Origin: Lama guanicoe
Lineage: Eukaryota
NCBI GenBank assembly: GCA_013239625.1
Contig: MU053504.1
Coordinates: 1,674,001 to 1,738,000, forward strand
Length of the DNA stretch: 64,000 nucleotides
Direction of reading: 5' to 3'
Under the pieces are notes generated by a model. It had not been told where the DNA came from and searched no databases. It was given only the letters and a program-made list of their open reading frames with translations. Made by a program: the position numbers and the translations under genes. Below, one piece after another: positions 1 to 12,520 of this stretch; position 1 is the first letter of the stretch, and every line of letters starts with the position of its first letter.

Positions 1-1039
1 CAGGACCATGTAGAGCTCATTGGTTACTGCTTCCCAATCACCCAGTTTCTCTGTCAAACTGGATCTCCCTCAGTCACACACATCGCACAACTGGGGCTGC
101 TGTCTGCACTATGGCAACCACATCTGGAGGGGATCCTAGCACCCCCTGCCCTTGGCCACAGTCAGAGACCACTCCTGAGCTGCTGCGCCTGCTCCTCCCC
201 ACACCTTCCTCGGTCAGGTCAGTAACTCTACTTTTCCATTCACATTTCAACCGGGAGATGGATCCGTTTACCCGAGGCTAACTCTGCTGAGACTTCATTA
301 GAGGGGAGCATCTTTTATTTTTGTGCCTAGAGATGTAACATTTTTGAATCTTCAAAAGCCGTGCTGTAGCTCGGTCACAAGTTGTTATTCTGCAATTAAT
401 TGTACTTGTGCCTCTGGTTCCAGGTCGCACTGCAGACTTGGGCCCAAGTAGAAAGGTTCCTGTAAGTGGTAGAGTTGGGTGGTCTCCCGCCAGATCGGGG
501 CTGGTGGTGCCACTGCCCTGCACCGTGTTCCAGTTCACTGGAGGGATCCTTAGGGGCTCTGTGGTGACAACATCCAGGCCACCTCTATGGAGGGGACTTG
601 AATCTGCTCTTTGCCAGCTTCTACTACTTACAGAGCACCTCAGGGGTTAAGTTGGTGGCCTTGGGGTCAGTCAGATGAGACTTTCACTGAACTGAGCCTC
701 AGCTTCCTCCTTCCACCAAGAGGTAAGGGAATTCAGGGAGTTAAAACGTATAAAGCACGATGCCCAGGACAGTGTGCTCAGCACATTGAAACTTTCTAAA
801 AAATGTTTGAATGCAAAGGGTTTTTTTTTGTTTGTTTCACACATGGATGGCATTCAAAGTCTCCATAATCTCCAAGATAATACACGCAAAATCACGCATG
901 TGCAAACCACTTGTTCCTGGGCCCATCTTTGGGACAGGCCTGGCCCCCTACAGGGGGCAAAGTGCCTCCGAAGCCCCCCAGAGCCCAGCCCTGGCTGCTC
1001 AGGCTGCCTGCTCGTGTGGCTGAAATTGCTCTCTTCATT

Positions 1040-1760
1040 TTTGCCGAGGAGCCTGCAGGCTAGAATCCTGTAAGTGGGATGACTGGGTCAGAGGGATCAT
1101 GCTTTTGTCACTTCGCTAGGCATTCCCCTCCACAGAGTGGCAGCCCCCGCATTCCCACAGCCTCACCGGCAGATTGTGGCCACATTTTGAGATTTGTGCC
1201 AATCTGATAAACAAGAAATGGTATTTCAGGGTAGTTTTTATTTCATTATATTATGAGCAAGGTTGAACCTTTTTTGACATGTTTAAAAGACCATTTGCAT
1301 TTCTTTGTGTGTCTTTCTTATTGTTAGAAGCTATAGATTAGAATATTAACCATCATAATGCAAGTTACATATTATATTTTCCCAGCTTGAAATATATGTT
1401 TTCACTTTGCTAATGGTGGATTTTTTTTTCTACGTAAAGTTTTTTGTTGTTGTTGTTGTTCTCAATTTTTTGTTTAGTCAAATGTATAGATTTTTTTTCC
1501 CTTAATGTACCTGGATTCGGAAATCAGGAAAGTTTTCCTGACTTTCAGGTTTACAGGAATTCCTTCATTTTTCGTTTCATTCTAGTTCTTAGATGGTTTT
1601 GTTCTTCCAGTGACTCTAGCACCACTCACTGAAAGGTCTTTCCCCCTTCATCCGCGATGTCACCTTTATAGGGTGCTGAATTTCCATATGCAGTTGGGCC
1701 TATTTTAAAATCTGTTTCTTAGGTCTGTCTGTGTATTCATGGGTTAGTTCTCCCCACCCC
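1040..1760 (-). mobile_element. Old L1M remnant (approximate limits)
   Basis: GTGGGATGACTGGGTCAGAGG, GCCAATCTGATA..AAATGGTAT and CCATTTGCATTTCTT motifs, T-rich. Confidence 0.6.
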
Positions 1761-2196
1761 AAACCCAAACTGTTCATTTTCAGCTAAAGTCACGGGGCGA
1801 CTGTTGTGCACCAGCCTGTGCTGGGCGGGGGGCAGGTGAACTAGGCCTCTGGATGCACTGGCCAGTTCAGGGATTTTTTGGTTACTCCAGTTTGTTCTTC
1901 ACAAAGATCTTTATAATAAGAATAGTGTCTAATGACAAGGGCAAATGTCCATTGAATAATGTTAAGGGAAATAGCAGGCAACAGAACCACATGGTATATA
2001 CACGGGCATCTCTTTCCTTATGGAGAAGTGTTGGAAGGGAAAAAAGCTAAAATGTTCGTGTGGTCATCTCACAACAGTAGGGTTACAGGAAGCACAAGCT
2101 TGTTACTGACGCAAACCTTCATGGAGAAAACCTGCCGACCACCCAAGGCTGTCTCTTCCTCCCTCCTCCCCTCCTCCCTGTGTCACTCTGGAGGTC

Positions 2197-3194
2197 ATGT
2201 CAACCTTCTGGGCCACAGCATCTCTTTGTAAGGAAGGGAGGGCATTACAGGAGAGCAGAGGCTGGGGTTAGGGCATCTGCCAGGTCTGGGGGTGGGAGTG
2301 GCAGGTGAGGTTCATCTGAGTCTCCAGCCCCCTGTCCTGTTCTCCATTATAAGCCCCTACCCCCTTGCAGGGGTGTCTCCTGACTTTCTCAGGAGACAGA
2401 TTCATAAGCAGTAAGGAGACCACCAAGGGCCAGTCTTACCCAGTTCCTACATTGGCCCAGCACTGTCCAACAGAACTTTCTTTGACGGTGGAATGTCCTG
2501 TATCTGTGCTGTCCAACAGGGTAGCCACTAGCATACATGACTATAAAGTATGTAAAATGTGGCTGATGTAACTGAGGAACAGAGTTTTCATTTTATTTAC
2601 TTTTGATTACATAGTCACTTGTGGCTAGTGACTGCTACCATGGACAGTGCATCTTCAGCCAATTCCCAGCCCAATCACTCCCCCTTCCCACCTAGAACTG
2701 GAAGGAAAGAGCCCTCCTGTGTAAGCCGACCAAGAGGCCAGGCAGGCTAGAGCAGGCTGGGGAGAGAGAGGGCTGGAAGTGGAGAGAGGGCAGCTCTGCA
2801 GGAGGGGGCTAGCCTGAGGCAGTCCCGCCCGGGCCCCAGCGGCCCGCACAAAGGCAGCCAGCCCAGCATCACAATACCGCAGGCGGGAGGTGAGCAGCAG
2901 CCTGGAAGCCTGGTGGGCGGTTTCCTCCAGGGGCAGGTCTCTTTGTCTGCAGACCTACTTACAGCAACCCAGGCAGCAGAGGACCTGTTTCCTGGGGAAT
3001 GGAAAAGCACCCAGCGGCTGAGCGGCCTTGAGCTGACCTACAGAAGGAAGCAGGGCTGGCATGGGGATGGGGGCCAGCGCCGGCCCCAGGACCCAGAAGC
3101 TGCAGGGGGTTGGAGCACTCCGAGCACCGAGCAGCTGCTCATTTTCTTGGTGATTTGGTTTTCCTACTTCTTCTACCTTCAGGACTACTTCTGA
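2197..3194 (+). CDS. Hypothetical spliced ORF (2197-2227, 2371-2410, 2840-3194; 141 aa) with C-terminal hydrophobic segment
   Basis: GT-AG junctions join in frame with no stop. Ends LLIFLVIWFSYFFYLQDYF*. Plus-strand AATAAA at 3713-3718. No homologue recognised. Confidence 0.3.
2458..2651 (+). mobile_element. MER3-like hAT-Charlie MITE
   Basis: GCACTGTCCAACAGAACTTTC...GTAGCCACTAG...TGTGGCTAGTG...TGGACAGTGC with terminal inverted repeats. Confidence 0.8.
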
Positions 3195-5145
3195 GTAGCC
3201 CTCCCTCCTGCCTGCCCCTGGGGCTGGAGGGCAACAGCAGAGTGAGCGTGAGTGAGGGCAGAGGGGCTGAGGGCCGGGGACTTGGACATCCAGGGAGGAC
3301 AGCTGGGACTCCAGGCAAGGTCTCACTCTGTACCTGGGGATGGAGATTTGGAGATCAATCACTGGGGTCCTGCCTCTGCTCTCAAAGGGCCAGGGCTTCG
3401 TGCCGCCAAACTGACTTTGTATTGAGTAAATGCTACAGGAAAGGGGACATGTGCCCCACAGAACCCGTGTGAGGGGGCAGTGGGGTCTGGAGCTGGCTCA
3501 GAAAGTCAGTGGAGTCCAGCTCCTTGAGTTGATTGGTTAACTGCTTTGTGCCTGGCCCCAGGCTCTGGTGAGAAGCAAACCTTTTGAGTCTAGCTGGCAG
3601 CAAGAGAAATGTTATTCCCATTTTCTAGGGGAGAGAAACTGAGCCCAGCGGTGCCTAGTGTGTTCCTGGAAAGGGTAGTGAGAAGACAGCTTCCTTTTGG
3701 GGGACGCTTTAAAATAAAATAAAAATAGATGCATCTCCAAGGATGTGAAGGTGGCTCCACCTGGGAGCAGGACAGAAACGGTCCGCCACCGTGGCTCCCA
3801 TGCCTGGTTTCCCAGCAGAGCTACCTGGGAGGCAGGAGCCTGTTCAAAATGCAGCTCACCAGGCCCCCTGCACGAGAGGAGGCAGCTCTGCCCTCCTCTG
3901 GGCACTCTGTGCTTTCTGCTGGTCCCATGTGGGCAGCTTCCTCAGGCTCCCAGGTTGGGACAGACAGGACAACCCCCAGAGAGACGGCCTCCCAGCAGTG
4001 AATTTGCTCTTGGGGAACTAGGCTGTTGCCCAACCACCGCAGCAGGGCTTTTGCTGCAAATAAACGGAGGGGCTTTTCCTAGAACACACGCACACAAGAA
4101 GGGTAAGGCAAGCATCTGGAACGGCCCAGATGTTTAAAGCCAAAGGACAAAGGAGCCTCACCAGCCAAGAGGAAAGCCCACCAGCGCAGACCCTGGAGCC
4201 TCGTGGAGGGTCATGCGAGGAGGAGTCAAGGGAAGCGTCACCAGAGGCAGAGGGGAGGGTGGGATTGCCTCTCGGCAGCCACATTTGTGGACATACACAT
4301 CCTCTAGGAATTCTGAAAAACAGCTTCTCTAACTCCAACCCCCAATCTCTAAACTCTTGGATCTGGAATCCAAGAATCTGTATTTTTAAGACGCTCTCTC
4401 TTTGCCCCGTTAGTCTAAGAACTGTACTTCTCTCTGCCCCCTGCTGCAAAGCATGGAAGCCAGAAAGAACGATGGCCTTCTCCCGGGGGGTCCCCCTAGA
4501 GCGAGGCCAGGGGCCCGTGGGAGGGGCAGGAGGGACAGTGGCTCAGATTCCCGGGTAGCCTCAAGGACCCCCCAGCCTGTCCACAGGTCCCTGTGATGAA
4601 ATCTCAAGGATAAAAATATGAAGCATCACTGGGCTCCTCCTTCCCAAACATACTCAGAAGGGAATCGGGAATAGCATGTTGTATTTTCTCAGTGACGTTC
4701 TTCATGACTAGAACCTATTCCATACAGTAAACAGTTAGGAATACATATATTCTCTCTAGGACTCCATAAAACTAAATTTTGAGTAGAAAAAAAATGCAGC
4801 CTATAAATAAGTATTTTTTTCTAAAATAGGTCCCATGCAGAAAAGGCCCCTTCCCCGTCTGAGGACAGTGCAGCTCCATCAACATGCAGCTAAGTGAGCT
4901 GTCACCCGCTTAGGGGGCTGCTCGACCTGCCCCACCGGTGTGTACACCCCCTGCAAGCCCTCACGGTCAGGCTCCTCTGCGAAGGCGAGTTCTTGTCACT
5001 CCAGGCCACTGACCCAAATTACAGCCTAACAGGGTTGCAGTGACTGCTCACGGCTGCCCTGGGACAGTGCCACCTTGTGTGGGTGGGTGCAGCTATAGGA
5101 GAATGACACAGACGGGAGGAAGCCACAGGGGACGTCAACCATCAC

Positions 5146-5151
5146 TTTATT
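5146..5151 (-). terminator. UBOX5: Candidate UBOX5 polyadenylation signal AATAAA
   Basis: tttatt on the plus strand, about 515 nt past the stop codon. More distal sites are not excluded. Confidence 0.6.
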
Positions 5152-5665
5152 AAGGCTGGGAGTGGTCTGAGAGTCAGAGGGGCCAAGTCATTCACTGCCC
5201 AGACCCTTGCCTCGGTCCATTTCTGGGCGACACTGAAGGCGGAGGCTCTCAGACACCCCGAGCCAGTCTGCTGTGCTCCGTTCACATCCACCCGTAAGAT
5301 GAGGGGTGTGTGCAGACAACTTAGGGGGCCCTTGGCAGGGAGGGGCTGGCTCTAGCAGGCCCTGGGCTCTGGCAGGGGGCTGGAAGGGGTGCATGAAAGG
5401 GCAGGGACATGTCCCCCATCCCTCCCAGCCCAAACTATGGCTTTGTTATCCTATTGCCACTTGGGCGGCGTAGGGTGCCCCTCCCACCTCCCCTCACTCG
5501 GCAGGCCCCTGTGTGCACTATGGGAGGGGAAAACAGGAAAGCCCCTAGGAAAGCAAAGGCCCCTCTGTGCTTGGGACCTGGCCAGACCTCAGGGGCGCTG
5601 ACCCCCACTCCTGCTCTTGCTCAGCTCCTCCCAGCGATGGGTCTTCTCGGGTTGAGGCCAATCAC

Positions 5666-5874
5666 TCAGAAGTGAACCCGCAGAACATCCTGGCTGGCGA
5701 TGGGCCGCTGGCAGGCTGTGCATGTCATGGGCAGGGAGCGCTGCTTCTCACCCAGGCAGGGCCGGCACAGCAGGTGGCCACAGGGAAGCTGGTACACGGG
5801 CTCCTTTTTGAAGTAGGGAGAAAACACTCTTTTGCAGGAGGCGCACTCGGGGCCCAGGATGCTCCCAGGCTGCT
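5666..5874 (-). CDS. UBOX5: UBOX5 last coding exon (C-terminal RING-like domain, ends DVLRVHF*)
   Basis: Acceptor tttaccag|AG at 5875-5876. Reads (E)QPGSILGPECASCKRVFSPYFKKEPVYQLPCGHLLCRPC...CTACQRPIASQDVLRVHF, TGA at 5666-5668. 209 nt. The four coding exons sum to 1626 nt = 541 aa + stop. Confidence 0.96.
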
Positions 5875-6649
5875 CTGGTAAATCAGGGAGAAAAATAGGC
5901 CAGGGTTAGGGAAAACTGCCCTGGATCCAGGCTCCAACCTGAAGGGAGGGCACATGCCTGGCGTGGGACCAGAAGCTTCTCTACCCTGCACCCCTGAGCA
6001 GCCTGGCTTTCTCCCTCTCTAGGCCTCCTCTGACTGATCTGGGAGGAGAGTGTGCCAGGGAGCCTGGGAACTAGGGGGCCTTCTCTTGATCATCAAATCT
6101 CAGTGCTCCAATAAACGCTCAAGAAAAGCCGCCTTCTGAGGGCTGCTGGGCAGCACTGGGCCCTTCCTGCTGCTCTCCCAGCAAGATGGACTTTCCTCTG
6201 GGACAGGGTGCCAAGGCCAGAGCAAGGCACAAGACTATCTTGATAAACAGCAAGAAGGGTGAGATATGACAAGAAGAGAAAAAAGCAAAAAATGGCCTCG
6301 TGTACCTGGGATGGGCAGGTCAAGGAGGAATGGAGGTCACCAGAGGGGCAGGTCTGAGGTCTGTCTGTAGCAGGTGTGCCGGCTGAGCCTGGCACCTGCT
6401 TCTCTGTAGCTCTGGAGCCCCCTCTCAACCCATCAATCCCCTTCCTGTGCTGCAGGCTCTCTCCTTCCATGCTTCCCACAGGGTCTGCTGAATGAGGGCC
6501 ACAGTGGGCAGGTCCTGCCACCCTCCTCCCTAAGCTACACCTGCAGCTCTTCCTCCTCTCAGGGCCCTTGCCTAGGGCCGCAGCTCTTTCCCCACCAGTC
6601 CGCACCCATCTGGAGAGGGCAAGGATGACCTCTCGAGGGAAGAGCCATA

Positions 6650-7620
6650 AGGATGAAAGGTAGCCAGCCATGCAAGAGTGAAAGAGACAGCAAGTACAAA
6701 GAGTGGACGGTCCCTTAAAGAAACAGTGAGAGTGTGGCTTCAGATGAGACTGCAGAGCAGGATGCAGTGGGGCTAGGGCATGCAGGACCTCACAGGCAGC
6801 AGTTTAGATTTTATTCCAAGTTCAGTGAGATGCCCTGGAAGGATTCTAAGAAATGGAGTACCATGACCTGGTTTACATTGTAAGGAGATCCCTCTGGCTC
6901 CTGTGAAGATGATGAGCCAGGCAAGGGTGGCTGTTGGGGAGCAGCAGGGGCTGCCACAGGAATCTGGGGGAGCGGAACACGAGCCAAGGCCAGGGCAGCA
7001 GCAAGAGTAAGGAGCGGAGAGGACCTCCCTGAGACCTACTTTGCAGAAGTATACACAGGACTTGATGATGAACAGAATGTCAGGAATGTTGACGGAAACC
7101 ACGGATGACTTCCAGGTTACAGGCCTGACTAAAAGGCAGAAGATGCTGCTCTTTACCAGTGATGGGATGATGGGGGACTGGGTGGGGGGGTACTTTGGAA
7201 GGTGCCTGCAGTTCTGAGTTAGAATTCCACTCAAGATATCCATGAGTTTCTCACACAGAGGTGCCAAGTAGCTGTAAGGAAGGTCGGGGTCTGAGTAAAG
7301 GAGAGGCAGGAGCTATAGGTGAACACGGCAGTCACCAAATGGGCTCTCACTTGGATGACACAGAGTATAGGGAAGAGGGTACCAAGACCAGAGTCTAGAA
7401 GACAAGGAAGAGTTAGCAATGGAAACTGAAGAGAGACTGTTTCAGGAAGGAGAGGCTGGTTAGCCCCAACAGGTGCTGCTGAGAGGGTAAGTGACCGTCG
7501 GATTTAGGGTCATGAAAACTGCTGTCACCTGGACAAGACAAGTTCTTGGGAATGGTCAGGATGGAAACATAATCAGAGAGACAGGGAGGTGAGGACATGA
7601 GACAGAAAGGCAAGATGGCC
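6650..7620. mobile_element. Ancient L2 LINE remnant (approximate limits)
   Basis: Purine-rich L2-like blocks (AAGGAGATCCCTCTGGCT, GATGACTTCCAGGT, GGATGACACAGAG). Confidence 0.55.
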
Positions 7621-8249
7621 TGGGATCCAGACCACAAGGGAAGGGACTGACTTTGGATAGGCAGAGGAATCAAGCGCACACTTTATCGTTAGCCCCACCA
7701 GATTTCACCTTGTGAAAAAGGCCCTGGGTCCTCTCACTTTGTATCCTATTGATTCTGTCATCCAATGCCGTCCCAGGTCCGTTTTAGGCACAACTTGGCT
7801 CAGTAAGCTACCACTGTTCTAAGATGCTGGTGAAAATGTTAACAAGAAGGGATAAAGATGATATACTCAATCTGAAACCGCCCTCCACATTCACATAAAG
7901 TACCCCAGGTGTCAGATGGGAGGCAGACTATGTGAGAAAAATAAACAAAAAAGGAGAGACAAAAAAAGTCCTCAGGACAGAATAATTAACATTAGACCTT
8001 ACCAAAAACAAAGCAGAGGGTAGCTAAGCCCTAAGTCCACAGAATTACTAAGAATCGACTAAAGAAAGCCTTTTCTGAGAGAAATTAAACTCCACAGGCA
8101 GCCCCTCAACTTTCCCTGGTTCAAGCCCCAGGCCTGGGTGTCAGGACTGAGGAGCTGAGGAGGCTGGGCGCAGAGGTCCACACAGCCCCCAGGGCATGGC
8201 CCAACACCCTGATTGAGGGCTCCAAGGAAACGGACAGGGCCCACCTTAC

Positions 8250-8411
8250 CCGAGCTGGCGCCCGGCCTCCAGGAAGTACTGCTCCCTCTTGTGCCAAGCT
8301 GCTGGACCTGTCCCCTGGTCAGCCGAGCGGTGAACGAGGGCATGGAGCCAAGGGTCGACGTCAAGGCAATTTCCAAGCTTTGTGACAGCTTTTGCTCATG
8401 GGACACTGGAC
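8250..8411 (-). CDS. UBOX5: UBOX5 coding exon 3 (162 nt, phase 1-1)
   Basis: tctcaacag|GTCCAGTG...TCGG|gtaagg. Reads (G)PVSHEQKLSQSLEIALTSTLGSMPSFTARLTRGQVQQLGTRGSSTSWRPGASS. Confidence 0.95.
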
Positions 8412-9621
8412 CTGTTGAGAGATGCACAGACCACAATATCCAGAGAGAGAAGACCAAAACACAAGGTCCTCTGAGGACCCCAAAATGGTACTTCCAACCA
8501 ACAGACACAAATGTAAAGAGAGTCCTCTCTGATGTCTACTAGAGGATTGTGATGACAGACGACCAGGAGTTAAAGCTCTAGGCTCCCTGGCAGTTCTTAC
8601 CCATCCCACACTGCTTTTAGGGTTCCTGGGCTCTGCACTCTTTCCTCCTCCTCAACAAATTACTCAGCAGGCCTAGGCCACCTGGTGGCTCACCTGCAGA
8701 ACTGCACCCTACTTTCCGAAGGCCTCCCTGCCTGCCAGGGAGAAGACTGGGGCAAGCTAAGGCCCAGCCTTGTTCCCTGCCCCTATTCCCTCCCCAACAG
8801 CCTTGGCTGCTCTTTCTCTGTCTCCTCCCTCCGGGGTTCCCCACCACTCTGCAAGGCCACTGGCCTGCACTCTCTTGGTGTTCGTGTCCTCTCTCTCCTT
8901 AGGTAAATTTAAAGCGAAGCGGTTGTTACTGAGTGGAATGATGAAGCCCTCCCTCTGCCCGCCCCACTATCTAGAGGGCCTTCTCAGGCTGTGTGCTGAG
9001 GACAAAGGCAATGGGGGAGGGGGACAGCTGCCCAAGAAAGGACCCAGAGATCTGTCTGGTAGCAGGGTCCACAAAACCACCCCAAACTGGGGTGTAGAAT
9101 GTTTGGTCTATAGTATGTAGGACACAGGCTTATCAACTGGAGGCCTTGAAGTAGCACTGGTCAGCATGGTCCTGTGTTACCAACAAATCTGTCAAGGCCA
9201 ACATCACTGGAGACTCCCACAGACATCAGGGTCTGAGCACCTTCCTCCTCATCTTGTTCCACTGCATCTCAGACGTTTCCAGGAGTTTCTGAGGGTCTTG
9301 TTAACTAAAATTTACACTCAAAGCCAGAGAAAACAGAGATGCAGACTTTAAGTGCACTACTGCATAAGCCTTTTAGAACAAGAGAGGAAATTAAAGAATG
9401 ATAAAATCTCAACAGACTGGTTTTCATAAGGAAAAAGAAAAATTTGTCAAAGAGCTGTCTCCAAAAGCACCAAGCACTGACAGTCACAGGGGAATTCTAC
9501 CAAACAATGTAAAGAGCACATTTTTCTAATACTATTAGTTGCTCCAGAGTTTAGAAAAGGAAAATTTCCTAATTCTACTTATAGAGCAAATAAACCTGAC
9601 ACCAAAACCTGACCAAAGATG

Positions 9622-9666
9622 GTGTGCACATGTGTGTGCGCGTGCGCACACACACACACACACACA
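9622..9666. repeat. Compound (TG)/(CG)/(CA) alternating purine-pyrimidine tract
   Basis: Seen directly. Confidence 0.9.
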
Positions 9667-9849
9667 ACTGTGGTCCAATCCAAGGAATGTAAAAATCCTA
9701 AATAAAAACACTAGCAAACAGAACCAAGCAGCACGCTGAAAGAAGCATGACCAAATGGAGTTCCCTTCAAGAAGATAACAACGATTCAATGTTAGGAAGC
9801 TTATTAATGTACTTCTTCACATTAAAAGATCTAAGGATGAAGAAAGCCT

Positions 9850-10046
9850 CCAGTGCAACAATTCAGCAAAGAACTGAATCCTTCCCCAGTCAAGCCTTCA
9901 GATGGCTGCAGCCCTGCCAACACTCTGATAGCAGCCTTGGCGGACCCTGAAATAGACAATTCAGCTAAGTTATACCGGATTCCTGACCAGAGAAGCTATA
10001 AGATAATGAATATGTGGTTTTTTACACTAGTAAGCTTGGGGTAATT
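9850..10046 (+). mobile_element. MaLR MLT1-type LTR fragment
   Basis: GCCTTCAGATGGCTGCAGCCCTGCCAACAC...CCAGAGAAGCTATAAGATAAT...GGGGTAATTT. Confidence 0.7.
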
Positions 10047-10137
10047 TAAGCTGGCAAAGCATAAAACAAAGGGCAAGTGCCAACTGTCACCTGGGAGCAG
10101 AGATGACAATGGGCTTGGACACAGGATGGGAGATTAC

Positions 10138-11338
10138 CTGTTGAACAATCCATGTGTGTCTGACTGAGCTCACTGGCAGCTTTCATTTTCTTCGTGGTGT
10201 GCTCTGAGGTAGTAGGGGAGACCAAAAGGCTTGTGGTAGAAAAACAGGAAGCATTTAAGCCAAGGCTGCTGTCCAGGGCATGTTCAGCCTGCTCCATTTT
10301 CCTTTTCCGAGAGGGCAGAGCAATGGAAGAAGGGGTCAATGCCAAAGCAGTCGGTGCTCTCCCAAGCAGGTGGCAGCCAGGGATGGAGTGCTGGAGCAGG
10401 AAATGGTCGATCCGGGCCTTCAGGGACGGGTGAGGCAGGGGCTGGGAGTGTGGAGTAAAGGCTACTCCTGTGAAAGGGTCACTGGGCACTCGGCCCCATG
10501 CGGCTTCACTGCGGTTACACTTTTCCAGGGTGCTCTGGTCAATGACCTTGCCTGAGGGCAGCAGCATAGGGTAAGGCATGATCTCCAGGGTGATGGGATC
10601 CAGGAACTCTTCAGGTACATCCTGAATTACCTCGGCCAACTCCTGTAGGCTGGAGGGGGCCTGCTGGCCCTCGGACTGGACCCCGGCATCACAGTCACTC
10701 TCCATGGGCAAGGCTGGAGCCTGCAGAGACAAGTCCTGAGGAAGGCTCTCTGAGGCAACCAGCAGGACACTGTCTATGACCTCCTGAGAGCAAGTTTTGG
10801 CTGGCTGACCCCACACTTCCAACCTCTTGATACAAGGGATACCACTGCCTGTCACATGGGTGATACAGATCTTGAGATGGGCCACATGACTAAGAGAAAG
10901 AGCCCCTTTATTCCAGAGTTCCTGGGCCACAACAGCAGGAGAGGGGAGTGTGGCATCCATCGGGCCAAAAGGTGGCCTGGCCTTGAAGCCCCTGTGGCTA
11001 AACACTACTTGGCTCTGGTTTTTCAACAAGACTTTGCCCACCAAGGTGAATGCTTCCTTGTCCGGGACGGATGGCTCAGCTGGGCCCAGGGTCCGGCTCT
11101 CAGGGGTATTCCAAGATGCTCTGCTGGATACGGCAGATGTGTACATTTCCAGGCCAGTGACATTCTGGCCTCCTCCAGCTGTGAGGTCTATGTTAACCCT
11201 ACAGATTTCCACATTGAAGGGAAAAGAAACTGTCACATAGACTGGTGGCTTAATGAAATACTCTGTCCTAAAACCATGACTTCTCTTTGTGAGGTCTTCA
11301 GAGATGAGATTTTCTACTTCATAACCATCAGCTGATAT
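10138..11338 (-). CDS. UBOX5: UBOX5 large coding exon containing the U-box (DVPEEFLDPITLEIMPYPMLLPSGKVIDQSTLEK...SDPFTG)
   Basis: ctag|ATATCAGCTGAT...TCAACAG|gtaatc. 1201 nt. Overlaps ORF 10046..11236, which carries the U-box signature. Confidence 0.97.
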
Positions 11339-12520
11339 CTAGATTTAATGACAAAAATGAGACACACTAATTTGATGAGGTCCACATGAAGACAACTAGT
11401 TTTCAAGAACTTGTCACTTCTAAGAAAACTCTAAAGAAAGTCTAAAGTTCCTCACTTTAAATTTCCTCTATTACATTGAATTTTCTTGGGGGTTTTGTTT
11501 GTTTGTTTGTTTTTGTTTTTTGCAGGCATCCAAGATCAGGTCAAAGACTGAAGGCAACTGTGTCCCCGCCAACTGGCCATCCTTAAAAATCTAACCAATA
11601 AAACTCTGCCTAGCCAACCAAAAATCCCTTCAAAATAGTATTTCTGTGAAAAGGGGGCAAATATACAAGTGGTTTTTTTTAATTTCAGAGGATGAAAACC
11701 TGCAGATTTAGGGGAAAACAAAGATGTTCACTAAAGCTCTCAATTTTATACTTGGACTCTACCAACTGTAACAATTTCCTTAGGAAAGTATAACAAACAA
11801 GCTTTTTGTAAATGTATGAATGATGAAACTTGGGGGAAAAAATGTGTACACAGGGACAAAGGCCACAAAAAGAGTATGGGAAATTTAAAACAGTGAGTAT
11901 GCTAGGGTGGGACTGTGAGTAGTCTCTTCCTCTTTTAATACTTCCAATACTTGTTATAATCAATGGGAATTTTACACTATCGTTGTCTGAAGGAGCCAGC
12001 TTAATAATCTGGGAACCTGAAATAGCACACTGTGTGCAAATTCCAAATTAGGGGAGGAGTTCAACCCTCCCCTTGGAGTTTCCTGACTCCCTGCTCAGGA
12101 CTGTGGAAAGATATCCTCCTTTGTACAAAATGGGAGGCAGCTTAACTCAAGTAATAAAGAACGAGGAATCCAAGTAACAACTATAAGCCATTATTTCTAG
12201 CATGAGAAGTTAGCAAGAACAGCAGCAGGAGAGAGAGAGAATTTCTACCTTCACTATGACTTTGAGTGAAATTAAAATTTATCATCAAAGGGAAGAGCAC
12301 CCTCCACAAAATGAGTCACAGCTCAGCTTGTAACGGTACTGAGTCTAAAGGTGCAGCCTGACCCATGCTCACCTAAATATCATCTGGTAGAATCTAACAG
12401 AATGAGGGTGAAAGCACAGTAAGCCTGAATTAAGTCTACATACACAAGGCTGGAAATGGGGAAAAACAAGAAAAGTTGATGTCATGTATTTACCTATGTA
12501 TATATACTTGTTTTGTTTAC

